The position numbers were made by a program, and so were the translations under genes. From Cytophagales bacterium (GTDB taxonomy: Bacteria > Bacteroidota > Bacteroidia > Cytophagales > UBA9547), in the NCBI GenBank assembly GCA_043769845.1, contig JAYVIX010000211.1:1-48192 (forward strand): DNA of 48,192 nt. The letters run 5' to 3'. The notes beneath the pieces are model-generated. The model was not told where the DNA came from and did no database searches. It saw nothing but the letters and a program-made list of their open reading frames with translations. Of the stretch, positions 9,080-18,101 are shown piece by piece (the first letter of the stretch is position 1; every line of letters begins with the position of its first letter).

Positions 9080-9429
9080 TAAAAATTATTAAAACTGAAA
9101 CTGAATACGACAAGGCCTTGGAATTGGCGGATTATTTCTTCTCGAATCCTCCTGAAAAAGGAACAGCAGAAGGCGACCAATTTGAATTGCTTTTGCTGGT
9201 CATTAAAGAATATGAAGACAAGCATTATCAAGTTCCCACCACCGATGTGGTAGAACTTTTGAAATTGACGATGGAGGAAAAAGGCCTCAAGCCGAAAGAT
9301 TTAGAACCTCTGATAGGTAAAAAAAGCTATGTGAGCCAAATACTCAACCGTAAAAAACCTGTTACGCTTGAGATTATTAAGAATTTGCATACCGCCTTCA
9401 ACTTTCCCTCTAAAATACTTTTGTCATAA
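9076..9429 (+). CDS. higA: Type II TA antitoxin, HigA family HTH
   Basis: IIKTETEYDKAL...LLLVIKEYEDKHY...GLKPKDL...KSYVSQILNRKK. Confidence 0.92.
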   Translation: MIKIIKTETEYDKALELADYFFSNPPEKGTAEGDQFELLLLVIKEYEDKHYQVPTTDVVELLKLTMEEKGLKPKDLEPLIGKKSYVSQILNRKKPVTLEIIKNLHTAFNFPSKILLS

Positions 9430-9439
9430 TCCTGTTTTA

Positions 9440-9470
9440 GTTTTGACAACTTTTCAAAAGTTGTCAAAAC
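9440..9470. repeat. Perfect 15-bp palindrome (REP-like or terminator)
   Basis: GTTTTGACAACTTTT-C-AAAAGTTGTCAAAAC. Confidence 0.7.
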
Positions 9471-9481
9471 GCTATTTCAAC

Positions 9482-9489
9482 TATCTTTG
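9482..9489 (+). promoter_or_regulatory. -7 promoter box for pheT
   Basis: TATCTTTG matches TAnnTTTG, 45 bp before ATG 9535. Confidence 0.6.
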
Positions 9490-9502
9490 GCATTCGTTTT
9501 AT

Positions 9503-9532
9503 CGAAATACGCATTACGAAATACTCACTACT
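9503..9532. repeat. Tandem heptamer tract in the pheT leader
   Basis: CGAAATA CGCATTA CGAAATA CTCACTA CT. Confidence 0.55.
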
Positions 9533-9534
9533 TT

Positions 9535-11961
9535 ATGAAAATCTCATTCAACTGGCTGTCTCAATACATCAATATCTCTCAATCGCCTGATGAAGTGGCG
9601 CATTTGCTTACACATTCTGGTTTGGAAGTAGAAGGCGTGGAAGCACACGAAAGCCTTCCTGGTGGATTGAAAAACTTTGTGATCGGACAAGTATTGACCT
9701 GCGAAAAGCACCCGAATGCAGATAAATTGACCAAAACAACTGTCGATGTTGGGAATGGAACTGTCTTGCCTATTGTATGTGGTGCGCCTAATGTGGCGGC
9801 TGGTCAGAAGGTAATAGTGGCCTTGGTAGGAGCTGAGATTAGAATGGAGGGAAAAGAACCATTTGCGATTCAAAAAGCGAAAGTAAGAGGCGAAGTTTCC
9901 GAAGGAATGATTTGTGCTGAAGACGAATTGGGTATTGGCCATTCGCACGAGGGTATTTTGGTACTGAATACTGATTTGCCAACAGGTACTTTGGCTGCTG
10001 TCTATTTCAATGTAGAAGTAGATCATGTGCTGGAAATAGGTTTGACTCCCAACCGTGCAGATGCTGCTTCGCATTTTGGCGTGGCGCGAGAATTGAAAGC
10101 ATTGTTGAAACAAGATCTTTTGGTCAATCCTGCCGAATATCCATTCAAGGGGACATTCACGAGTCCTGTAAAAGTGACAATTGAGAATACAGAAGCCTGT
10201 CCACGATATGCGGGTGTGTATGTAAGTGGGGTTCAGATAAAACCTTCACCTGAATGGTTGCAGAAAGCCTTAAAAACGATTGGATTGAGCCCAATTAATA
10301 ATGTAGTAGATGCGACCAATTATGTTTTGCACGGATTAGGTCAGCCGCTTCACGCTTTTGATGCAGAGCAATTGGCAGGTTCGTCTATTATCGTAAAAAC
10401 AGCCGAGCCCAACACGACTTTCATCACATTGGACGGAAAAGAGCGCAGGCTGAACGAGAACGATTTGGTGATTGCCGATGCCGAGAAACCAGCTTGTATC
10501 GCAGGCGTTTTTGGTGGAAAAGATTCGGGCGTTTCAACTTCTACAAAAAACATCTTCATCGAGAGTGCCTATTTCAATCCTGATTTCGTACGAAAAACGG
10601 CTCAGCGATTGGCGATTAAGACTGATTCTTCGTTCCGTTTCGAGCGTGGAACCAATCCTGACATGGTATTGCCGGCTTTGAAGTTTGCCGCAAATCTGAT
10701 TCAGGAAATTGCTGGTGGCGAATTGTCGGAAGTGATAGACGTGTATCCAAACCCCGTATTGCCGTTTGAGGTGGTGCTGAAATGGAGCAGATTGAACAAA
10801 CTGATAGGAGAGGAGCTGCCGAGATTACGAGTAAAAGAAATCCTTGGGCTGTTGGAAATAAGCAAAGTGAATGAAGACGAGGAAGCCTTGTACCTACAAG
10901 TGCCCCCTTACCGTGTGGACGTGCAGCGAGAGGCAGATGTGGTGGAGGAAATCTTGCGTGTGTTTGGCTACAACAACATCCACACCAAACCGTATTTGAG
11001 CACCGAATTCTTGGCTTCGTTCCCAGAACGTGATACCGACAAGACGAAACAAAATCTGGGTCGCCTTTTGGTGGCGAAGGGTTTCTCTGAGATTTATACT
11101 AACTCGCTCACTAGCATCGCGAACGTGATAGAAGAAAACACAGCCGTAAAAATCCTCAATGCGCTTAGTAGCGAACTGGACGTGATGCGTCAGTCGTTAC
11201 TTCCTTCGGCATTGGAGACGGTGGCGCACAATATCAACCGTAAGCAGAAGGAAGTGAAAGTGTTTGAGTTGGGTTATGTGTACGAGATGGCTGAGAAAGG
11301 TCCGAAATACAGAGAGACGCAACATCTTTCGATCGTGATTTCGGGTGCGCAAGAATCAGAAAGCTGGAAACAAAAGACAGAACCAGTTTCGTTTTACGAC
11401 CTAAAAAATGCAGTAGCTGATACGCTGGCGCAATTGGGCATCAGTAATTTTAGCCTAAAAAAAGCGGAGCAGGAATGGTTTGCCAATTGTGTCGAAATCG
11501 TGGCGCAAAACAAAACGATTGGTGTCTTTGGACAAATCTCAAAACCAGCTTTGAAGGCTTTTGATTGTAAACAAGATGTATTCGCAGCCGAAATCAACCT
11601 TGACTTGGTGTTTGCCTTGAAGCAAAAGGCCTTAGCCTACAAAGAACTATCGAAGTTCCCAGAAGTGAGGCGCGACCTTTCTTTGATTTTGGACAAGAAG
11701 GTGAAATACCAAGAAATAGAAGCCTGTATCAAAACCTTCCCACTTATCAAGGAAGTGAACCTTTTTGATGTCTTTGAAGGCGAGTCGTTGGGCAAAGACA
11801 AGAAATCATATGCCGTAAGTTTTGTGCTCTTGAACGAGACTAAGACTTTAGAAGACACTGCTATAAGTGCAACATTTGCTCAAATTATTTTGGCTTTAGA
11901 ATCGAAATTTGAAGCAAAGATTATTGGAAGTGAAGAATTGCTTCAAAAGGCGAGTGCGTAG
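9535..11961 (+). CDS. pheT: Phenylalanine--tRNA ligase beta subunit
   Basis: MKISFNWL start, HPNADKL, IVCGAPNV, LTPNRAD, RFERG, and C-terminal FDX-ACB domain (SKFPEVRRDLS). Confidence 0.97.
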   Translation: MKISFNWLSQYINISQSPDEVAHLLTHSGLEVEGVEAHESLPGGLKNFVIGQVLTCEKHPNADKLTKTTVDVGNGTVLPIVCGAPNVAAGQKVIVALVGAEIRMEGKEPFAIQKAKVRGEVSEGMICAEDELGIGHSHEGILVLNTDLPTGTLAAVYFNVEVDHVLEIGLTPNRADAASHFGVARELKALLKQDLLVNPAEYPFKGTFTSPVKVTIENTEACPRYAGVYVSGVQIKPSPEWLQKALKTIGLSPINNVVDATNYVLHGLGQPLHAFDAEQLAGSSIIVKTAEPNTTFITLDGKERRLNENDLVIADAEKPACIAGVFGGKDSGVSTSTKNIFIESAYFNPDFVRKTAQRLAIKTDSSFRFERGTNPDMVLPALKFAANLIQEIAGGELSEVIDVYPNPVLPFEVVLKWSRLNKLIGEELPRLRVKEILGLLEISKVNEDEEALYLQVPPYRVDVQREADVVEEILRVFGYNNIHTKPYLSTEFLASFPERDTDKTKQNLGRLLVAKGFSEIYTNSLTSIANVIEENTAVKILNALSSELDVMRQSLLPSALETVAHNINRKQKEVKVFELGYVYEMAEKGPKYRETQHLSIVISGAQESESWKQKTEPVSFYDLKNAVADTLAQLGISNFSLKKAEQEWFANCVEIVAQNKTIGVFGQISKPALKAFDCKQDVFAAEINLDLVFALKQKALAYKELSKFPEVRRDLSLILDKKVKYQEIEACIKTFPLIKEVNLFDVFEGESLGKDKKSYAVSFVLLNETKTLEDTAISATFAQIILALESKFEAKIIGSEELLQKASA

Positions 11962-12028
11962 TTTAAATTGTATATCTTTTCCTAGGATTGTCACCTTTAG
12001 ATTTTTATATTGGTTAATAAAAAATATA

Positions 12029-12751
12029 ATGAAAAATAATTTATTAGTTTATATTTTGTCACTTTGTGTTTGTTTTGAAGGATTGTCACAGGAATATCCT
12101 GGCTTTATTCCCTCATATCAAAGGTTTTCTGGAGAGAAAGTTGCGTATTTTTTAAAGAAAGATAGTAGCAAAGTTGAAGGTTTTATAAAGGCATTAAACA
12201 GGAAGAAAGGTTTAATTGAACATGTTGAGTTAAAAAGTGGAAACAAAAATGAATCACTTATACTGAAACCAGATCAGCTTTTGACAGTCTATTTAGAGCC
12301 GACTTCAACAAGCAAGTTTCATCAAGTAACAAAAAATGCATTTAGAATAGATAAACGAGGAACTTATGATTTGAATAATGATTTATTGAACAAAGGATAT
12401 GTTTTATGTGAATCACATTTGACCCAAGTAAAAAAAGAGGAAGTTTATGTTTTGCTACAGTTAGTAAATCCAGATTTTGCAGGTCGAATCAAAGTTTTTG
12501 ATGATCCATTTGGAACAGAAGCGTTGTCAATGAGTATGTATGGTATGACAATGGTGGGTGGAAATCAAAAATCTTACTATATAAAAAAAGATAGTGATAA
12601 AGTGTATAAAATAAAATACTCAAATATAGATGACTATATAGGAAGTTTTTTTGGTGATTGCCCTAAAGTAATGGCTCTATTGGGTAAAGGAGCTGTATGG
12701 AGTGAATTGAATAGGTATGTTTATATCTATAATACTGAATGTGGCAAGTAG
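12029..12751 (+). CDS. Hypothetical exported protein
   Basis: ATG 12029 begins a signal-peptide-like MKNNLLVYILSLCVCFEGLSQ; 240-aa AT-rich ORF ending YNTECGK. Confidence 0.7.
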   Translation: MKNNLLVYILSLCVCFEGLSQEYPGFIPSYQRFSGEKVAYFLKKDSSKVEGFIKALNRKKGLIEHVELKSGNKNESLILKPDQLLTVYLEPTSTSKFHQVTKNAFRIDKRGTYDLNNDLLNKGYVLCESHLTQVKKEEVYVLLQLVNPDFAGRIKVFDDPFGTEALSMSMYGMTMVGGNQKSYYIKKDSDKVYKIKYSNIDDYIGSFFGDCPKVMALLGKGAVWSELNRYVYIYNTECGK

Positions 12752-12843
12752 ATTGAATTTTCGTAGATTAAATTTAATAATTTATGTCAGAGGCAAACAG
12801 ATTTAAATAAGTATCCACCTTCGTTTCAAAATCTACCGACAGT

Positions 12844-13419
12844 ATGGGCGTAGCACAACCAAAGACATTCATCAGCCAAGAAGACTATTTGACGGGCGAA
12901 CGATTGGCGACCGAAAAGCATCAATATTTCGAGGGGGAAGTATTTGCAATGTCTAGCGCTAGTTTTAGGCACAATCAATTGGCTTCTAGTTTGATGGGTT
13001 TGATTGGGAGTTATCTGAAAGGTAAAAAAAACAACATCTTTGGTAGTGACCTTCGTGTGCATATTCCTCTCAACACACTTTATACCTATCCTGATTTATC
13101 TATCGTTTGTGGCAAACCGCAGTTTGTAGACGAGGTATTTGATACGCTTCTCAATCCCAAAGTCATCATCGAAATCCTTTCTGCTTCTACCAAAGACTAC
13201 GACAAGGGAAGGAAGTTTACTTTGTATCGAAGTATCCCAAGTTTGGAAGAATATATCTTGGTAGACAGCGAGCACATTTTTGTAGAACGTTTTTTCAAAA
13301 ACGAGCAAGGCTCTTGGACGCTGGTAGAATACAAAACGTTAGATGATCATCTCGCTATCAGCAGTATAGAATACTCCTTGCCTTTGTCTGAGATGTATGG
13401 GGATGTGTTCGAAGCATAA
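12844..13419 (+). CDS. Uma2 family (PD-(D/E)xK) endonuclease
   Basis: [50 protein letters not shown]. Confidence 0.92.
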   Translation: MGVAQPKTFISQEDYLTGERLATEKHQYFEGEVFAMSSASFRHNQLASSLMGLIGSYLKGKKNNIFGSDLRVHIPLNTLYTYPDLSIVCGKPQFVDEVFDTLLNPKVIIEILSASTKDYDKGRKFTLYRSIPSLEEYILVDSEHIFVERFFKNEQGSWTLVEYKTLDDHLAISSIEYSLPLSEMYGDVFEA

Positions 13420-13470
13420 TTCCTTCCGTATTAGTACTACTTCAACATCTAAAAAATAACAGTCTTAAAA

Positions 13471-14370
13471 GTGAACGACATTACCCACAAAACAAGCACC
13501 CAACGAGAGGCCGTGGCCGAAGGAAAAGTGCTCTGTACGCCAGAAACACTCGAAATCATCAAAGCCAATCAAGTTCCGAAAGGAAATATTTTTGAGTTTG
13601 CCCGAGCGGCAGGTTTTTTTGGAGCAAAGAAAACAGACGATTTACTTCCCCATTGCCATCCTGTAACGATTGATGGGATGAGTTTGGATTTTGAGATCGA
13701 ATCGGATGGTGTAAAAATTACAGGGTTGGCCAAATCAATCGGGCGTACGGGTATTGAGATGGAAATCCTTACAGGCGTTTCCATCGCAGCGCTCACGATG
13801 TACGACATGCTGAAACCATTGGACAAAACGCTTCAAATCACGGGAATAAAACTTTTGGACAAAAAAGGGGGCAAAACCGATCGCGCCAAATATTTCCAAA
13901 CGCCACCAAGTTGTGCGATTTTGGTTTGTTCGGACGAAATAAAAGCAGGCACGAGAGAAGATACTGCAAGTCCGATCGTAAAAGAACTTCTAGCCAAATA
14001 CAATGTCACAAAACCTGTATTTGAAAAAATAGGAAGTGCTGTAGGCGAAATTCAATCTGAAATTCAAGCACTTATAATAAACGAGATTAAATTTATTTTT
14101 ACAATTGGAGGAACAGGTCTTGGCGCAAAAGATACCACGTACGATGCAATTGAGGAAATTATCGATCAGGAACTCTCGGGAATTGTAGATGCGATGCGAT
14201 CGCACGGGTACGCACGCAATCCGCTCGCGATGACTTCCAGATTGATTGCTGGAAGTATCGGCAACACGACTATCATTACTTTGCCAGGAAGTCAAGATGG
14301 AGCTAGAGAATGTTTGGAAGCCATTTTGCCAACGGTTTTTAAGATTCAGAAAATGCTGAGGGTTAGTTAA
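13471..14370 (+). CDS. moaCB: Bifunctional molybdenum cofactor biosynthesis protein MoaC/MoaB
   Basis: MoaC motifs LLPHCHP, TGIEME and YDMLK, fused to a MoCF-binding domain (TIGGTGLG..D.T, TLPGS). GTG start. Confidence 0.9.
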   Translation: MNDITHKTSTQREAVAEGKVLCTPETLEIIKANQVPKGNIFEFARAAGFFGAKKTDDLLPHCHPVTIDGMSLDFEIESDGVKITGLAKSIGRTGIEMEILTGVSIAALTMYDMLKPLDKTLQITGIKLLDKKGGKTDRAKYFQTPPSCAILVCSDEIKAGTREDTASPIVKELLAKYNVTKPVFEKIGSAVGEIQSEIQALIINEIKFIFTIGGTGLGAKDTTYDAIEEIIDQELSGIVDAMRSHGYARNPLAMTSRLIAGSIGNTTIITLPGSQDGARECLEAILPTVFKIQKMLRVS

Positions 14371-14383
14371 ATGCAGTTTTATT

Positions 14384-14953
14384 ATGCTTCATTCAACATT
14401 AAAATGTATTAAAAATCTAATTTCACTAGATAATGAAATTAGATTTTACTTTAACAAACAGTATGAGCCAACAATAGTTAAGATTGTAAAACTTGATTCG
14501 ATATTGACATATGGTCTAGTAATAATTATCTTAGAACTAGGATTTTATGTTGCATCTAATTCTTATGACTTTAGGAATTACGATACTCATCTTTATAAGT
14601 CAATTGTAGAAATTCTACTCTTTATAATAATTTTATTAAACTTTTATTTCGACAAGTTGATTTTCAACTTAAACCAAAATAAACTTAAAGTTATAAGGTC
14701 ATATTTTTGGTTAATTGATTTTACTGTTGAAGAAATCAATCTTGAAAACGCAAATTCTTTTACTATTCAGCAGACTAAAAAAAACGGAAGCGATGATGTT
14801 GAATATTTTAATGAATTATTTTGTATTTTAAATACTAAGAAATGTGTGCTAATGAATTATTCAGAAATAAACACATCAATTTTTTTGTCAGAAATTTTCA
14901 AAGAACATTTAAAAATACCCTTGATAAAGAGTGCGTTTACTAGAGAAATTTAA
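14384..14953 (+). CDS. Hypothetical membrane protein, very AT-rich
   Basis: 189-aa ORF with two hydrophobic helices, filling the gap between moaCB and moeA. Confidence 0.6.
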   Translation: MLHSTLKCIKNLISLDNEIRFYFNKQYEPTIVKIVKLDSILTYGLVIIILELGFYVASNSYDFRNYDTHLYKSIVEILLFIIILLNFYFDKLIFNLNQNKLKVIRSYFWLIDFTVEEINLENANSFTIQQTKKNGSDDVEYFNELFCILNTKKCVLMNYSEINTSIFLSEIFKEHLKIPLIKSAFTREI

Positions 14954-14978
14954 TTAAAAACGAAACCACTTTTCTATA

Positions 14979-16166
14979 ATGATTTCCGTTCAAGAAGCCC
15001 AACAACTTATTATTTCTTCTGCTAAAACTCTTTCTTCGGAAAGTGTAGAATTGGAAAATGCTTTCGGTCGCGTGTTGGCAGAAGACATTTTGGCGGATAG
15101 AGATTATCCGCCATTCAACCGTGCCGCAATGGACGGCTATGCGTTCAGATTGAATGACTTTGAACTTCGAACGTTGAACGTTGACCTAAAAATAGTTGGT
15201 GAACTATTCGCTGGCCATACGTTTGGCGGAGAATTAAAAAAAGGTGAATGTCTGAAAATCATGACCGGAGCTGCAACTCCTTCCGAACTTGACTGCATCA
15301 TTCAAGTAGAATTGGCTGTTGTGGACGGAACCAATGTTTCATTCCCAGAAGCTAAACCCAAACCATGGCAAAACATCGCCCGCAAAGGCGAGGATTGCAA
15401 AGAGTCGGATATTATCCTGAAAAAGAACACCTTTCTTTCGCCAACTGAAATTGCGACTTTGGCTGTTTTGGGGAAGAAATATGTGGAAGTCAGGAAGCAA
15501 CCAAAAGTGGCGATTATTTCGACTGGCGATGAATTGGTGCCTGTGGGCGACTTGGTCAATGCATTTCAAATTCGAGATTCGAATGCATATGCGCTTTTGG
15601 CTTTTTTTCAATCGTGGCATATACCTGTCGCAAGACGTGAAATTGTGCGAGACGATACGCAGGCTCTCAGCAAACTGGTTTCGGAAGTGCTAGATTTCGA
15701 CATCATTGTGCTTTCTGGTGGTGTCTCGATGGGTGCAGCCGATTATGTTCCAAAGATTCTTGCCGAAAATGGCGTCCGAAATATCTTCCACAAAATAAAA
15801 CTGAAACCAGGCAAGCCGCTTTGGTTTGGTCAAACTCCAAATGGGGGAGCAGTTTTTGGTTTGCCCGGCAATCCGCTTTCGGCACAAGTGTGTTTCAAAT
15901 TGTTTATCGAAACGCACCTAAAAGCCGCATTTGGCTTGAATCAATCTGAAATACAACAGTTTCCTATTTCAACGAGTCGGAGCAAGAAAGTAAAGCTGGA
16001 CGAATATTTTCCTGTAAAACTTTCAGAAGGCAAACTCTTTCCGATCCAATTCAACGGTTCTGGCGATGTCACTTCTGCCGTTGGATCTACAGGGATTGCG
16101 TTGCATGCTATTGAAAGCCAGGACTTGAGAGAGGACGAGACCATCGATTATATTAGTTGGATTTGA
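14979..16166 (+). CDS. moeA: Molybdopterin molybdotransferase
   Basis: PPFNRAAMDGYA, IMTGA, ISTGDEL, SGGVSMG, KPGKP and GLPGNP motifs. Confidence 0.95.
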   Translation: MISVQEAQQLIISSAKTLSSESVELENAFGRVLAEDILADRDYPPFNRAAMDGYAFRLNDFELRTLNVDLKIVGELFAGHTFGGELKKGECLKIMTGAATPSELDCIIQVELAVVDGTNVSFPEAKPKPWQNIARKGEDCKESDIILKKNTFLSPTEIATLAVLGKKYVEVRKQPKVAIISTGDELVPVGDLVNAFQIRDSNAYALLAFFQSWHIPVARREIVRDDTQALSKLVSEVLDFDIIVLSGGVSMGAADYVPKILAENGVRNIFHKIKLKPGKPLWFGQTPNGGAVFGLPGNPLSAQVCFKLFIETHLKAAFGLNQSEIQQFPISTSRSKKVKLDEYFPVKLSEGKLFPIQFNGSGDVTSAVGSTGIALHAIESQDLREDETIDYISWI

Positions 16167-16349
16167 TTTATTAAATTCTGTTAATTCGTATCTGTAATCA
16201 AAAATTACATTGTGGTGTTTATGGTTCAAGTAGGTTAAAATGGTCAAAAAATCGTTTATTATTCGAATTATAACTCCTATTTATTTGGCGTTCCCGATTC
16301 CCTTTGGAACAGCGGGTTAATTGACTATGGAAATCAATAATTGAAAAAT

Positions 16350-16771
16350 ATGACAAGAGAAGATAGATTCGGTTTATTTTTGATAAAAGCAATATCTCGT
16401 CCTAATATTTGTCCAAAGTTCAAGTATTATTATGATGCATCTAAGAAAATTTTAATAAGAAAAACATTTGATGAAACGTCTTTCAATGAGTATAATGAAT
16501 TAACCGAGCTTTCCCATTTGTCTTTTGAGGATAAGAAGAATTTTTTAAGCTCGTTTTTAAATAAACAATCTGATGCTATAAAACTTCAGATGGAATCTAT
16601 TATTGAGAACTTTTCAAGAAATTCCTCATTTGAATTAGAAAAAGAATTTCAGTTAATTAGTCAAGATTTAGCAATGGATTTTTTTTTGAGAGTGGAAAAT
16701 TTTTAAATGGTAAGATTAACGAATTGTACAAGAAATTTGAATTAAAAGATAGTATGGAGATAAATTGGTAG
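16350..16771 (+). pseudogene. Hypothetical protein, probably frameshifted at a T9 run
   Basis: ORF from ATG 16350 stops at 16706. After the T9 run (16679-16687) another frame reads ESGKFLNGKINELYKKFELKDSMEINW to TAG 16769-16771. Confidence 0.45.
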
Positions 16772-16806
16772 TATCGCTATTAAAGCAGCCTAAATTCGTT
16801 TTTTCG

Positions 16807-16814
16807 TATATTTG
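16807..16814 (+). promoter_or_regulatory. -7 promoter box for the TA pair
   Basis: TATATTTG, 16 bp before ATG 16831. Confidence 0.6.
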
Positions 16815-16830
16815 ATTACAAAAAGTTACT

Positions 16831-17061
16831 ATGACTACTAGCGAGTTAAAAAAATGCGTTATTGAGGATATAGAAAAGACAAAAGACGAGGATCTTTTAG
16901 GAGAAATATATCGGATTCTTCGTGCGGAGGAGCAAGACTTGGATGTTTTCAAATTTACTGACAAACAAAAGAGTCAAATCGAGATTTCTTTAAAACAAAT
17001 AGCTTCTGGAGAAACCATTTCCGAAGAAGACGCTGATAAAGAAATGGACGAATGGCTTTAA
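16831..17061 (+). CDS. Putative antitoxin of the RelE/ParE pair
   Basis: Small acidic 76-aa protein ending SLKQIASGETISEEDADKEMDEWL; overlaps the toxin start by 10 bp. Confidence 0.8.
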   Translation: MTTSELKKCVIEDIEKTKDEDLLGEIYRILRAEEQDLDVFKFTDKQKSQIEISLKQIASGETISEEDADKEMDEWL

Positions 17062-17351
17062 AATTGCGTTGGACTCGTCAAGCAATTGATGACAAAAAAG
17101 AAATTTTGAAATATTGGACGATTCGGAACAAATCGTCAGAATACAGTAAAAAGCTGAATGAAGAATTCAAAAGATCACTCGAACTTGTCAAAAAATATCC
17201 GAACATTGGTAAACCGTCTGAAATTGAAGGAATTAGACTTAAAATAGTCAAAGATTATTTCATTGTTTACAAAGAAACGAACGGAATTGTCTTCGTTCTA
17301 AATATTTGGGATACTCGAAGAAATCCTGAAGATTTCAAAATCGACAGTTAA
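17052..17351 (+). CDS. Type II TA toxin, RelE/ParE family
   Basis: LRWTRQA...ILKYW..RNKS.EYSKKL...YPNIGK...NIWDTRRNP. Confidence 0.9.
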   Translation: MALKLRWTRQAIDDKKEILKYWTIRNKSSEYSKKLNEEFKRSLELVKKYPNIGKPSEIEGIRLKIVKDYFIVYKETNGIVFVLNIWDTRRNPEDFKIDS

Positions 17352-17396
17352 TCGCCCTCATTTTTATTCCTATTTTTACCCCAAATTCCATCTTTC

Positions 17397-18017
17397 ATGA
17401 AAACCGTTTTTCTCTTAATTGCTTCTTTTATTTCCTTTTTTTCTTTTGCACAACCCAAGGCAAAAACTTCCAAGAAAGACAATGTTGTAACCATTAGCAC
17501 TTCGCTTGGCAACATTGCGCTGATTCTGTTTGACGAAACGCCCAAACACAAAGAGAACTTTTTAAAGCTGACGAAAGACGGCACTTACAACGGAACGACC
17601 TTTCATCGAATCATTGATGGGTTTATGATCCAAGGAGGCGACCCGAATTCGAAAGATTCCATTCCGTACAACGATGGACAAGGCGGGCCAGGCTATACCG
17701 TTCCTGCCGAATTTAACCCGAAATTTACCCATGTAAAAGGTGCATTGGCCGCAGCACGAATGGGCGACCAAGTGAACCCAAACAAAGAATCAAGCGGAAG
17801 TCAATTTTACATTGTTGAAAATAAGGATGGAACACATTTTTTGGACAATAACTACACCGTTTATGGCCAAGTAATTGCAGGAATGGAAGTGGTGGAAAAG
17901 ATTGCAGAGCAACCCAAAGACGGCCGCGATCGCCCTCTTACCGACATCAAAATCACAGTGACATCAAAACTTTTGAAAAAGAAAAAAATCACCAAAATTT
18001 ACGGTTATAAATATTAA
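17397..18017 (+). CDS. Cyclophilin-type peptidyl-prolyl cis-trans isomerase, exported
   Basis: Signal peptide; FHRIIDGFMIQGGDP, GALAAAR, SSGSQFYIV and LDNNYTVYGQV motifs. Confidence 0.95.
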   Translation: MKTVFLLIASFISFFSFAQPKAKTSKKDNVVTISTSLGNIALILFDETPKHKENFLKLTKDGTYNGTTFHRIIDGFMIQGGDPNSKDSIPYNDGQGGPGYTVPAEFNPKFTHVKGALAAARMGDQVNPNKESSGSQFYIVENKDGTHFLDNNYTVYGQVIAGMEVVEKIAEQPKDGRDRPLTDIKITVTSKLLKKKKITKIYGYKY

Positions 18018-18092
18018 GTTTAATGTTCAAGGTTTAAAGTTCAAAGTCATTTGCTGACTTAACTTTGAACCTCGAACATTGAGCATTGAACT
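18017..18092. repeat. Inverted heptamer-repeat element (AAAGTTC / ACTTTGA type)
   Basis: AATGTTC AAGGTTT AAAGTTC AAAGT, short hairpin tip, then ACTTTGA ACCTCGA ACATTGA GCATTGA. Confidence 0.8.
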
Positions 18093-18101
18093 AAGCAAAA
18101 A

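Noticed and set aside
9535-11961. pheT without adjacent pheS
   Set aside because: Separation of pheS and pheT is common in Bacteroidota.
16185-16340. Possible gene remnant (…VFMVQVG*NGQKIVYYSNYNSYLFGVPDSLWNSGLIDYGNQ*)
   Set aside because: Short, interrupted by a stop and not recognisable; cannot be supported without a search.
6534-17351. Prophage or integrative island
   Set aside because: No integrase, transposase, phage structural gene or tRNA attachment site; accessory genes are interleaved with core genes.
18017-18092. CRISPR array interpretation of the repeat tracts
   Set aside because: Units are 7 bp, contiguous and lack unique spacers; no cas genes are present.
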